Positions 12,907-22,917 of a DNA stretch of 64,000 nucleotides are shown piece after piece (position 1 is the first letter of the stretch; each line of letters starts with the position of its first letter). Origin of the DNA: Perkinsela sp. CCAP 1560/9. Lineage: Eukaryota; Protista; Euglenozoa: Kinetoplastea. The position numbers and the translations under genes were made by a program. The notes beneath the pieces were generated by a model, which saw only the letters and a program-made list of their open reading frames with translations, was not told where the DNA came from and did not search any database. The stretch is taken from NCBI GenBank assembly GCA_965644495.1, contig CBFFSA010000001.1, positions 2,480,001 to 2,544,000 of the forward strand, given 5' to 3'.

Positions 12907-12945
12907 TGACTTTAACGATAAAGATACAGTTTCTGTACCTTGTTG
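12907..12945 (+). other. SL exon-like 39-mer (copy 3)
   Basis: Identical to 2721-2759. Confidence 0.85.
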
Positions 12946-12979
12946 ACTTTTCTTATTTGTATTTCGCACGAATAAAAGT

Positions 12980-13924
12980 GAAAAGAGACATTACGGATCC
13001 AAAAAGAGATGCAGTGTGCCAGAAGAGCTCAACAAGCAATACGCCGCACAAAGGGTTATGCTCCCAGAGGAAGTAGAGAGTCAAGTCAATGAGGTTATGG
13101 CGACCATGCAACAGAATGACATAGAAGTCGAAGTAACCTGGTTCCCCGTTGGAGGTAGGAAAGAGACAGCGACAACATGGCGAGGTACGGTAGAGGACAA
13201 TGGAGACGAGGAAAATCCTATCATTGTTCCCTACCCATGGGGTAACTATCCTCTGCCTAATAGCAACGTGTGTTATACGCGCATCGTGATATCAGCAAGT
13301 GAGCCAAAGATGCCAGGCAAATTGCCCGAATCGGACGATGAAACTGCACCATCAGAAGAGACGAACGACAGTTTCAACCCCCGGGACGTTACAACATAGA
13401 ACACATACATTACCCAGGGGCCACTAGGGATTGAAATATTGAAACAGCGGTTGCGAACGGCGCTGGATCTCCCTTCTCGAATGTCGCCACAGCTACAAGC
13501 CCTTTGGGATATCTTGTGTGCTTGGATAGACGATAGCGCAGAAAGAGGGGGCGTGAACAGCGACGCCGTCAATCACAAAAACGTCGGCCAAAGCACAGTT
13601 GACCAGATACGCATTCTGCAAGGAATATATCGAGGAGCAGATGCTTGATATATACGCTCACAATACGTTACCCAGAAAGACCCACAGGACCGACTTGGTA
13701 ATGTAATTGAGCAAAGCGTAACCTACAATCAAGCAACCACGTATACGAGCCGTGGACCCCAGCGGACCCGCTATACGCCTCGCATGCCGATACGAGGGCG
13801 AGTATATGCAAATCGGACCCCCATAAATCGGACTGGCATACTAGAACATGGCATTACGCGTCAAGCGACCATCGCACCACGCGCTCCGGATTTTCGTGGA
13901 CGGGGGATCGGTCCACAGCACTGA
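12980..13924 (+). pseudogene. ORF1 (Gag-like) of YR element A, two nonsense codons, 5'-incomplete
   Basis: One frame from 12980 to TGA 13924 with TAG and TGA interruptions; the TAG sits where the paralogue has Trp. Confidence 0.75.
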
Positions 13925-14142
13925 CTCTCAAGAGTCCTCCCCCCGAGGAAAAGCAAGTACACACCAATAAAAAGGAAGTTAAAAGATCAAATACAGAATC
14001 TAAAATACAAAAATATCAATATGAAGCAGAACACGAAAACGAAAATTAAAATACAAAGTCAAATTGCAATAAACAAAGCAAGTACAAAACGGAAAAACAT
14101 TTATCAGCCAGTATTACAGACCAGCACCTCTATCCGACCCGT

Positions 14143-15177
14143 TTGCAAGACACAAACGGAAAAACTACCGTCCCACACGTGCAAAGTTCGAATCAGCAAT
14201 ATCGATACCCACAGATCCACTACCCGACGTATCATCACCAAGGCTCATCGTCAGACCAATGGATCCCACATCAAAATATCGAATATTACCCAGCCACCGA
14301 GACACAACATACCAGGAACAGACCCCCTTACGTTATGTCCAATTTCCTCAACATGACATCTCCTTCGGTAATGGAGACGTTGAAGCCTATGTGTGCGGAG
14401 ACAACATGGACTACCAGGTGCCGTCTGCTATGCTATATGCGGAGTTTGGGAATACCCATTACGGATACGGGGGTCATACGATTTATTATGGGACGCCCGA
14501 TATCTACACAGACCAAGCTCACGTACCTAAAACACCTTATAGCAATTTTGAAGCGACTGGAACTCTGTACGCGGCAATCCCAAATGTACACGAAAGTGTT
14601 GATCCGCAAGGGGGCATCTATCCCACAGCACCAGGCGGCCCCAGTAACCAAGAAGGATTTGCAGAAAACGCTTATGAGCATGCCGGAAGACAGAGCAGTG
14701 GTTGCACTCCTTGCTTTCAAAATAGCTTCCCGGGCTGGGGAAATCGCCAAGCTACGCAGGAAGGATGCTATAGTGCTCCGCCCGTCACGTATTACCATCA
14801 ACTGGGGTACGAAATCGAAAACCTCCAAGGCACAACCATTCCGCCCCGACAATCTAGTGGTAATCGAGGGAGAAACCACCAGGCGTATCTACAACTACTT
14901 GAAGAGGTTAAGCCCGCATCAGCGGATCAGTAACTGTACAACACAAGACCTCACTCGGACGCTCAAGAAAGGACTGGGGAGCAATTACAGTTCCCACTCC
15001 TTCAAGCATGGATCAGTCCAATGCCTGATGTGGCAAGTCGCCAAAGGCTCCATAACTATACCGCAAGTCATGCAGCTGGCCAAACACAAACAATTGTCAA
15101 CCCTTATGCGCTATGCAGGTATGAACGAGACTACTGCACTGGCACTAGGAAGTCAGAAGCTGACCAAACTCCTATGA
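14143..15177 (+). CDS. Tyrosine recombinase of YR element A (catalytic domain uninterrupted)
   Basis: KIASRAGEI (R), KSKTSK (K), SHSFKHG (H-x-x-K-H), LAKHKQLSTLMRY (H...Y). The frame extends up to 13888 with one TAA at 14047. Confidence 0.88.
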   Translation: MQDTNGKTTVPHVQSSNQQYRYPQIHYPTYHHQGSSSDQWIPHQNIEYYPATETQHTRNRPPYVMSNFLNMTSPSVMETLKPMCAETTWTTRCRLLCYMRSLGIPITDTGVIRFIMGRPISTQTKLTYLKHLIAILKRLELCTRQSQMYTKVLIRKGASIPQHQAAPVTKKDLQKTLMSMPEDRAVVALLAFKIASRAGEIAKLRRKDAIVLRPSRITINWGTKSKTSKAQPFRPDNLVVIEGETTRRIYNYLKRLSPHQRISNCTTQDLTRTLKKGLGSNYSSHSFKHGSVQCLMWQVAKGSITIPQVMQLAKHKQLSTLMRYAGMNETTALALGSQKLTKLL

Positions 15178-15494
15178 AATCTAAGACGCTCGAATACCAA
15201 GGTGGGTGGATCGGAATCACGGAGAAAATGCAGTACGGTATTCGACGTACGATAACCAGAATGTTTCGCCGAACATGCCGCCCTACGGCGGAGCAGATGC
15301 AGACGCTACCTATCCACGCGAAACATGTACCGCCGCTGTACCTGGAACGTTTAACTTCTTTGATGAATGCGCCTACGCGAGAACGCTTCACACAAGTGTG
15401 GGAACTACTTATTAACCCAACGAACGATGCACCAATCACCACTATACCTCTCGTAGCTCCCACATGTCTGAGCAAGAAAGACGTATGCATCTTG
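15174..15494 (+). pseudogene. N-terminus of the third (putative RT/RNase H) ORF of element A, truncated
   Basis: RPTAEQMQTLPIHAKHV...RFTQVW aligns with RPTQEMMQTLPIHARRV...RFDQIW in element B. RT identity is inferred from position; no catalytic motif is present. Confidence 0.6.
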
Positions 15495-15926
15495 TGGGGT
15501 TGCTGTACGTATGTTCCACGCGCTCGATTATGTCAGCCTGCATTAAAGATTTGATATCTGAGTGCGTCAAATCCTTTGTTGTGACAGGGGAGGGTTTTAG
15601 TTGGGGTAGTAATCCTGTTGGATTCGTTATCTTCCCCCATATCTGATCAAAGCGTGTACGTACGTGTGGCAACATCAAATCTCTAATTCGGTGCAGTCGT
15701 AGCGGCTTTACCCGACGTGCATGTATCGGCAATGTTTGCATCATTTCCTGGGTCGGACGTTCAGTTTTCCAGTGTATACGCGACCATACCCTCTTTGGGC
15801 TCCAAGCCGCGTCATTCAGGCCGTTTTCGTACACGCATGCCATTCTTTCTCCGTCTTGGGGCTTTCCGATGTATGGAGATGTTATTCCTGGATGATTCGG
15901 GGAATCGCGTGACTTTGTGTTTGATC

Positions 15927-17091
15927 CTACAAAGTTCGCGTTGCCCTCTGGGTACCCAACGCCATTGCAGTTGTCTCGTTGCGGCCAGAATATCGGAGAA
16001 GTGTGCTCAATTGCTTGTGCTGCGCCATACGTTGTACCTCCTCGATTGTGAGCGTATTCTCCGCCACTCGGGTCATTAGATGGCGGATCGCCCCATGCTT
16101 TAAGCTGTGGGAGCTGTAACCTGGGACAAGATGCGTCCTGAGGAATTGGGAAATTTACTCTGTCGTCACCGTACTGAAGCGCTGGGCAGGGCCCAAGGTT
16201 ATAAGGTATTGGAATATTCTGTTGATATACAGTTGTAGGTCCCCTCTATTACCGTGAACGTGTCCGGGCGGTAGGGTTGAGATCGCGTTGCCTTGGTACG
16301 TTGCCCCCAGTCTATTATAATGCGATCTGGTCGCAGTATTATGACGTCCCGGCGCCGCATCTTTGCCACTTCGCCAGCTCTTGATGCTGTTTTGTACGCT
16401 ACTAACATGACGATTTCCATTAGTGGTGTCATCTTCGGCAAAAGGTATTGGATTTGGTCCTTTGTAATTGGGCATGCTTGGTGCGTCGGGATCATGGCGC
16501 CTGCCCTCACTAGCGTTTTGGCGAGCATTTGGGCGTGAATGCCTGTGTTAGTATCGAAATCATGTGTTTGATGTACGTGTGCTTGGTTTGTGGTGTTACT
16601 TTTAACGCGAAAATGAAAGCCACCACGTTGTCGTCGTTTAACTCCATGTTCGCCGCACGCATCTGACGCAGCAAACGGGCCCGTGTCGACCACGTTGTTC
16701 TTGCCCATAATGTGATTAGCTCCTTCTGAGTTTCCGCGCTCTTTATGCCTATCTCGGCCATAACGTAACGGACGTCGTTCATGAAACCGCCCGTCCTGCG
16801 GGATGCAGCGGAGGACTTCAAAACGCGTTTTTGTGCGGAACGGCCTTGATTCCTCTGACTTTTTGCTTCGGTTAAACTTACTGTCGCCACTTGTTTGTGC
16901 GCGATATTGTTCGCTTCGAGACCAATGCTTGTTTTTACAATTTGATTCAATTTTTCCTTGACAATTCTATTTATACTTGCTATCTTTCGATTTTTTCTGA
17001 AACTATCTTTTTTATAAATAACTGGCGTTTTGTCCGGGGGCGGACCTGCATTTGTCACTTCTTTGCGCCAGACCCCCGACCGGCGAAATCC
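15927..17091 (-). pseudogene. Tyrosine recombinase of element B, frameshifted
   Basis: TTWSTRARLL, KTASRAGEVAK, HSLKHGA and QHKQLSTLLRY, spread over several frames. Confidence 0.85.
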
Positions 17092-18384
17092 CGGCGCTGT
17101 TGAGTTGCCTCGGGAGTGTACGGGCGATTCGAGGCGGCGAAACTCCGATTCCCTCGATACCGGGAGTAACTCCCCACTCCTCGCCCACGATTGTAATTGT
17201 GGTTAAGTAATTGTGGTTAACCACGATGCTTGTGGTTAAGATCTGACCGAGAACGTCTGTCGGATCCTTCTGAGCTACGTAATGTGATTCAACATACTTG
17301 GGATCTGCTCCTGTGCGATGGCGTGCTTGATCCGTATTCGACCCAATATCATTTGGCCCATTCGGGCATCATTGGCGCCAGCCACTTCAAGACCACCTTT
17401 TTCTTGAGTTGTAACTACCCACTCGTGGAATAATTCCCAGATACATTGCAGCTCTTCTGACAATACGAGCGGAAGCTTTAGTCCAAGGCGAATGCGATTC
17501 TCCAGTATATCATACTCTTTGCCCGGCTTCAGAAGTGCGCCCCACGTTATGACATCGTGCAAAGCAAAACCATCGCCTTTCTCCAATGCAACTGCCGGTC
17601 CTTCCCCCTCTCCGGATACCGTGTGGACGTCGATTGGAATCTTGTCTACGATTTCTATACTTCGATACGCAACGTCACGCATCGGGATATCCACTGTAGC
17701 ATGTGCAAAGGTTACAGTGAGAGCTCCGGACTGCATCGAGTCATTTTCATGGACCACCCCACGCCAAGTGTAAGATGCATCGGAATCATCGGTTTCCCAG
17801 CGCCAAACCACCACAATCTCCACGACATATTGCTCGACCAGACTCTTGATTTCATCGATTTTTGTTGTTACCTGTTGTTCGGTCAGGTTCGTTAAATGTT
17901 CCTGTCGGGGCTGTGTAGGATCCTGAGCTGGTTGATCTCGTGCCGCGTGGGACTCAGCTTGAAAACTGTTTATATTTGTTGGATTCGTACGGTCGGGTAC
18001 GCGCGCCGCGTTCCCCACAACAGGAGAGCGCAAGCCCTCAATTAGTGCCTCCATCCTCTCGCGTGCCTCAACTTCACGACGCTCCCATCGCTTTTGTTGT
18101 TCTTCTTGGCTTTTGAGTACTCCTTCTAGCTGCTTCGAAAGTCTCCCGAACACGTCAACCATTAAATTGGCTGCCTGTACACGGGCCTCGCCCTCTACTG
18201 CAGGAAAGTTCTCCCGGGCTTGCGTAAACGGGTTCGACAAGCGCGGCAACGATTGAGACCTCTGGCGGGTCGACTTTCGCGTAGCAGGATAAATAGGCAA
18301 AGGCTCCGGTGTCCGCTCTCCGGCGTCATTGTGCGAAGCAGTTGTTGCCTCGCGAGCCGCGGCTTGGGCACGTGTGAGGGGCAT
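17055..18384 (-). pseudogene. ORF1 (Gag-like) of YR element B; 1-nt deletion at ~17312 and a 14-bp duplication at ~17210
   Basis: 369-aa ORF with a coiled coil. Correcting the frames gives GADPKYVESHYVAQKDPTD...DFAGRGSGAKK*, matching GADA*YIRSQYVTQKDPQD...DFRGRGIGPQH* in element A. Confidence 0.78.
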
Positions 18385-18713
18385 AAACTTTTTATCTTGG
18401 ATATGAACAGTACAAAATGGATACTAGACAATTTATAGAAAATACGGTTGTATCCCTATTATCTTATTATACCCACCCGTTTATCAATTACTTACGCAAG
18501 CTTTCAGAACTTTGGTTTTTTCGTATTGTATAATTTTTCGAAATGTGATGCGAAAACCTCCGCCTTTTGTTCCGGCATGTCCATGTGCTGAAATGTCGTG
18601 GCTCTCTTTCACAGGGGATCCCCGTTTTGATGCATAGATCATAGATATACTTTACGAGGGCGTTATGTTTCGATGTAGCGTTAAAGCCTGGGCATTGCCC
18701 ACAGCCTGGGATA

Positions 18714-19771
18714 CAGAGGCGGTTGTTGATCTTGCCCCCTCCTGGGAAATTTTAATTTTTTTATCCGTTTTTGCTCATCTTTATACAGGGGCGGTTGTTG
18801 ATCTTGCCCCCTCCTGGGAAATTTTAATTTTTTTCGGGAAATTTTAATTTTTAATCCGTTTTTGCTCATCTTTGCAGCATTGAAGACATCTCGTTCCCCT
18901 AGCGAAGAGCTTTGCCGCCTTTTTTTCATAGAGACCCCCAGGTGCCCTGTCGGTGACTCGAAAGTTGGCAAAAAACAGAAATTTTGGATTTTTAATCATA
19001 TTCAGAAAAAGTAACACCAACGAAAAAAGTATATTTAAAAATGCTTATCCTAGAAGAAAACTACAACGAATCAATAACCAGAATGTCCTCCATTGTTTTG
19101 CAGTACTTTTCGAAGCCTATTGGGAACCGAATCAATGGAGTTTAACACTTTTTGTTTCTCAGGGGATCGTTTTAGGAAGGAAAAAGCTTTTTTAATGGCT
19201 TGTGCAAGGGTGGCGTGATCGTGAGGCTTAATTTTGTTTTTTATAATTTTATCCATTTGTCCCACCATTCTTGTATTGCATTTATACCATTCTTGTATTG
19301 TTTTATTATTTCGAGACGCTCTGAAAGAGACACTCCTATAGTGCCTTTGTGCGATATTGGGAGGTAGTTTTGCCTATTATCTTTCCACCCTTCTACATAT
19401 TCACCACTTTTAGGGTTAGTCGGTCTTGTATTCATGTTGTTGAGGTTTGAAAAACTCTATTAAATAGCTATTGATGTTTCTACAGAAACATTGCTTGAGC
19501 ATAAAGAAATTAGAAGACTATTTAAGCTTACACACATTCAAATAAACCACAAAAACATGAAATTATCGTGAAAAAATGGTTGTGTACACAGAACACGTCC
19601 AAAAAAACAGTGTTTTTTGGACCCAGGGGGCACCAGGGGGTCTCTATATAAAAAAGGCGGCAAAGCTCTTCGCTAGGGGAACGAGATCTCTTCAATGCTG
19701 CAAAGATGAGCAAAAACGGATAAAAAAAATTAAAATTTCCCAGGAGGGGGCAAGATCAACAACCGCCCCTG
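18714..19771 (-). mobile_element. Internally deleted Tc1/IS630-like DNA transposon, ~165-bp TIRs, left end tandemly duplicated (72 bp)
   Basis: TA|CAG(A/G)GGCGGTTGTTGATCTTGCCCCC ... GGGGGCAAGATCAACAACCGCCCCTG|TA. The remnant IDSVPNRLRKVLQNNGGHSGY is a Tc1-type C-terminus. Confidence 0.9.
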
Positions 19772-19877
19772 TATGTATCAGGGCGCTTCGTCCGTCCAGT
19801 ATTTTCCGACACCCGGGACACAATAAATTCTGTGGGATTTTCGGATGTGAGATTCCAAGCCGAGGCATTACTTTAGA

Positions 19878-20182
19878 GCGAACGGGTAGTACACACCCTA
19901 AATGATCTGTATCTTGCTGGCTCAAACATTGTATCCATTGACGTCAAAAACGCATTCAATTCCCCTTCGCGCACGAAGATAGCCAAAGCAGTTTTTAGGT
20001 TAGCCACTTTGAAGCCCTTTCATCGCTTCTTCTATGCAGAGTACTCGGAGGCGTCGGAGCTGTGCTATTACGGATCGATGGGGTCAACTCACCGGGGTTC
20101 TTTCGAGTACAAACGGTGTACGTTCAAGGTTCCACTCTCTCAACAGTATACTTTTGCGCCTTTTTACAACCAATTATTGAAA
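19878..20182 (+). pseudogene. CRE-clade RT fragment, downstream part (frameshifted)
   Basis: ERVVH...IVSIDVKNAFNSPSR...TNGVR/QGSTLSTVYFCAFLQPII (D-x-x-NAF and QG-x-x-LS RT motifs). Confidence 0.85.
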
Positions 20183-21018
20183 TTGGAATGAGTGATAGTA
20201 ATCGGCGCGTATATAATATCACAAACAACAACAGAATATTACTTATATATTGCGGTGGTTGTAAAACTACCGCTCTACACTCGATTATTGAAAAAAAAGT
20301 GAACAAAAACAGTGAAAATATAAAGAGGAACACAGTAATATAATAGAAGAAAAAAATATAAAAGGGGGCTCCGGTGGTCCAAAACTGAAAAAATTTTTGA
20401 AAAAATGGGGGGTCCAGGGGGGGGGTCCAGGGGGGGGGGCATGGTCGATCAAATTTTTTCGAAAAAATTAGTTTTCGAAAAAAAACCGCAGAAAGGGTAG
20501 CCGGGGTCTTGGCGCGCATTTTCCACCCCCCTACCCTGGGGTGACCCCCCCGCGTATCCGCAGGACGGGTCCGCCAAGTTCGGATTTTTTCGGAAAAATT
20601 TTTTCGAAAAAAAATTCAACTTGGCGAAAAAAATGACAAAAAAAATATTTTTCCAAAATCGTTTCCCCTATTGTATTTTGATAGTTTGGGACCTACACTA
20701 GCTTTCTACGCAGTTGTTTTCGCAAGGTATCACTTCTTCGAACTGTGGTGCGCCCCTCAAAATGACCCACTTTTGACTAAAAAAGGTGAAAAAGTATTTT
20801 TCGGACCTAAAGGGGCATTTTTGTGTCGAAAGAATGGTATGGTTGGAGTCGTATTCTCTACCCAATACGTTCGGTAGGCTTTCATTCATGCCTGCGAGTG
20901 ATTTCCCACGCGCAAATGTCGGATTTAGTGCTCTGAGAGCAAAAATATGCGAAAATGACCCCATTTGTACCCGAAATTCGGCTATTTTTGGCTATAATCT
21001 TTCCGTTTTCCAGGCTAA

Positions 21019-21139
21019 ATTTTCTTTTTTAGGCTCTTCGTTAAACGCGGCGGTAGTTTTCAACGCGAAGCGCGCAGCATGAGTGACTTCTAAGTTGAAA
21101 GCAACCACCGCGTTTAACGAAGAGCCTAAAAAAGAAAAT
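21019..21139. repeat. Short fold-back / MITE-like hairpin (~46-bp arms)
   Basis: TTTTCTTTTTTAGGCTCTTCGTTAAACGCGG pairs with CCGCGTTTAACGAAGAGCCTAAAAAAGAAAA. Confidence 0.8.
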
Positions 21140-21763
21140 ATATATTTATTTTATTATCTAGGACGTTAATCCACTATTTCCATAGTAAAAAGTTTTTTAT
21201 GGTTCTGACCCGTTCACAGCTTCGCGAACAGGCCGAACGTTCAAGTGAAAAAAAAAAAAAAAAAAAATCTATATATATATAAAATAAATTTATATATTAA
21301 ATAAATTTATATACAGGGGGGGGGGCACGAAAACTGTTACACCCGCCAATTTTGGCCTATGGTTGTCCTGATCCAATTTTGGCCTATGGTTGGCCTGATG
21401 GGTCGTGCCACTGCTAGGAAAGAAATAATCTTTCCTAGACAGGACCTTGCGCGCGGTAGGCATTTCGCCACTCCGCAGCAGCAAGGTGACTCTTCTCGCT
21501 GGGAGACGCCCGAGGACGCGACTTCCTCGGTTGCAAGCGCTGTACCCATCCGGCCGCCCACCGCAGTGGTACAGACCCGCACTCCCTGATGTTAACAAAG
21601 CAATCCTCCGAGTGACACCTACCCTAGTTATTTTTGTTATTGTTATTAAAACCGTTTGGCCAACGAGGGCTATGGTTTCCCCAGATTAGAGCTGAGGTGC
21701 CTCTCGGCGCTCAACCCGCGCGAGAGCAGATCATCGCAGCAAGGGTTGTCAGTCGTGCGCCTA

Positions 21764-22558
21764 AGCTAGGGAGGTGGGGTGCGCTATACCCCTGCGCCTT
21801 AGGTAATGCAAATAAGGCGCCCCTTGACCAAAAAAACCACTCTATCTTTTGAGGGTGGGTAAAAAACACACACACACATTCCAAAAATTAGCCCGAATGG
21901 CACCCACCCTAGTTTCTTAGTACCTTGTTATATTCGGTACCGGGCGGTGCCACCCATTCTGCATTGTCGGAATGGCATCTACCCTAATTATTTAGTGCCT
22001 TGTTTTGCTGGCACCGGGTAGTGTCGTCCATATTGTTTTCATCGTGCTCACCCTAGTTATTTAGCGTCTTGTTATGCGACGCCGGGTGAGTTAGCTAGGG
22101 AAGCTAGGGTCGCTACGCCCCATCATCCGACCAAAAGTCGAATGCCCTGACCTAGACCCTAGGTATGTAGCGTCCGGCTTACGTTGTATGTCGGATGATG
22201 GGACTTAGCGATCCCAGCCTCCCGAGCTAACTCACCCGGCGTCGCATAACAAGGCGCTAAATAGCTAGGGTGAGCACGATGAAAACAATATGGACGACAC
22301 TGCCCGGTGCCAGCAAACCGAGGCACTAAATAGTTAGGGTAGATGCCATTCCGACAATGCAGAATGGGTGGCACCGCCCGGTACCGAATATAACAAGGTA
22401 CTAAGAAACTAGGGTGGGTGCCATTCGGGCTAATTTTTGGAATGTGTGTGTGTGTTTTTTACCCACCCTCAAAAGATAGAGTGGTTTTTTTTGGTCAAGG
22501 GGCACCTTATTTGCATTACCTAAGGCGCAGGGGTATAGCACACCCCACCTCCCTAGCT
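21764..22558. repeat. Long inverted repeat: ~368-bp arms (21764-22131 / 22190-22558), 58-bp spacer
   Basis: The arms are reverse complements with scattered mismatches. Confidence 0.93.
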
Positions 22559-22696
22559 GTAACCTAACTCCTCTCCAAGCGGAGGTCAGCCGTAGCTTGC
22601 TATGGCTGGCTCTCCGGATACGTCGCAAGACGTATTCGGACTGCCCGTTTGGGGAGTTGAGGGGCCATAACTCTTCGGAGTCAAAAGGCACAATAC

Positions 22697-22917
22697 NNNN
22701 NNNNNNNNNNNNNNNNNNNNNNNNNNNNNNNNNNNNNNNNNNNNNNNNNNNNNNNNNNNNNNNNNNNNNNNNNNNNNNNNNNNNNNNNNNNNNNNNNNNN
22801 NNNNNNNNNNNNNNNNNNNNNNNNNNNNNNNNNNNNNNNNNNNNNNNNNNNNNNNNNNNNNNNNNNNNNNNNNNNNNNNNNNNNNNNNNNNNNNNNNNNN
22901 NNNNNNNNNNNNNNNNN
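22697..22917. other. Assembly gap (221 N)
   Basis: Run of n. Confidence 1.

Larger units (their letters stand above)
1..14481. repeat. Tandem array of a 5,093-bp composite TE unit (~2.8 copies visible, continues left of the window)
   Basis: Identical ORF sets recur at +5093 (680/5773/10866; 2830/7923/13016). Unit junctions are at 4295/4296 and 9388/9389; identity ends at 14481. Confidence 0.97.
12980..15494 (+). mobile_element. TATE/VIPER-type tyrosine-recombinase retrotransposon A (ORF1 - YR - start of RT; 3'-truncated)
   Basis: The order ORF1, YR, third ORF matches kinetoplastid YR retroelements. It is collinear with the diverged element on the minus strand. Boundaries are approximate. 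Confidence 0.8.
15490..18570 (-). mobile_element. TATE/VIPER-type YR retrotransposon B (diverged paralogue, degenerate, 3'-truncated)
   Basis: ORF1 18384-17055, YR 17091-15927, third ORF 15843-15490, all homologous to element A. The 5' boundary is approximate. Confidence 0.8.
12517..19877 (-). mobile_element. 5'-truncated CRE-like non-LTR retrotransposon (zinc knuckle/RLE start at 19877-18570; 3' end at ~12670-12517), interrupted by YR and Tc1 elements
   Basis: 13-bp TSD GCGAACGGGTAGT (12504-12516 and 19878-19890) and an A-rich tail GATAAAACAAAACAAACAA on the minus strand. Removing the Tc1 restores CPGCRKILDGRSALIHIPGC...KHNAL (CCHC knuckle plus RHN-like motif). Confidence 0.75.

Noticed and set aside
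15174-15177. ATGA stop/start coupling of YR and the third ORF
   Set aside because: Not conserved in element B, where the ATG lies ~84 nt after the YR stop; a single instance is insufficient.
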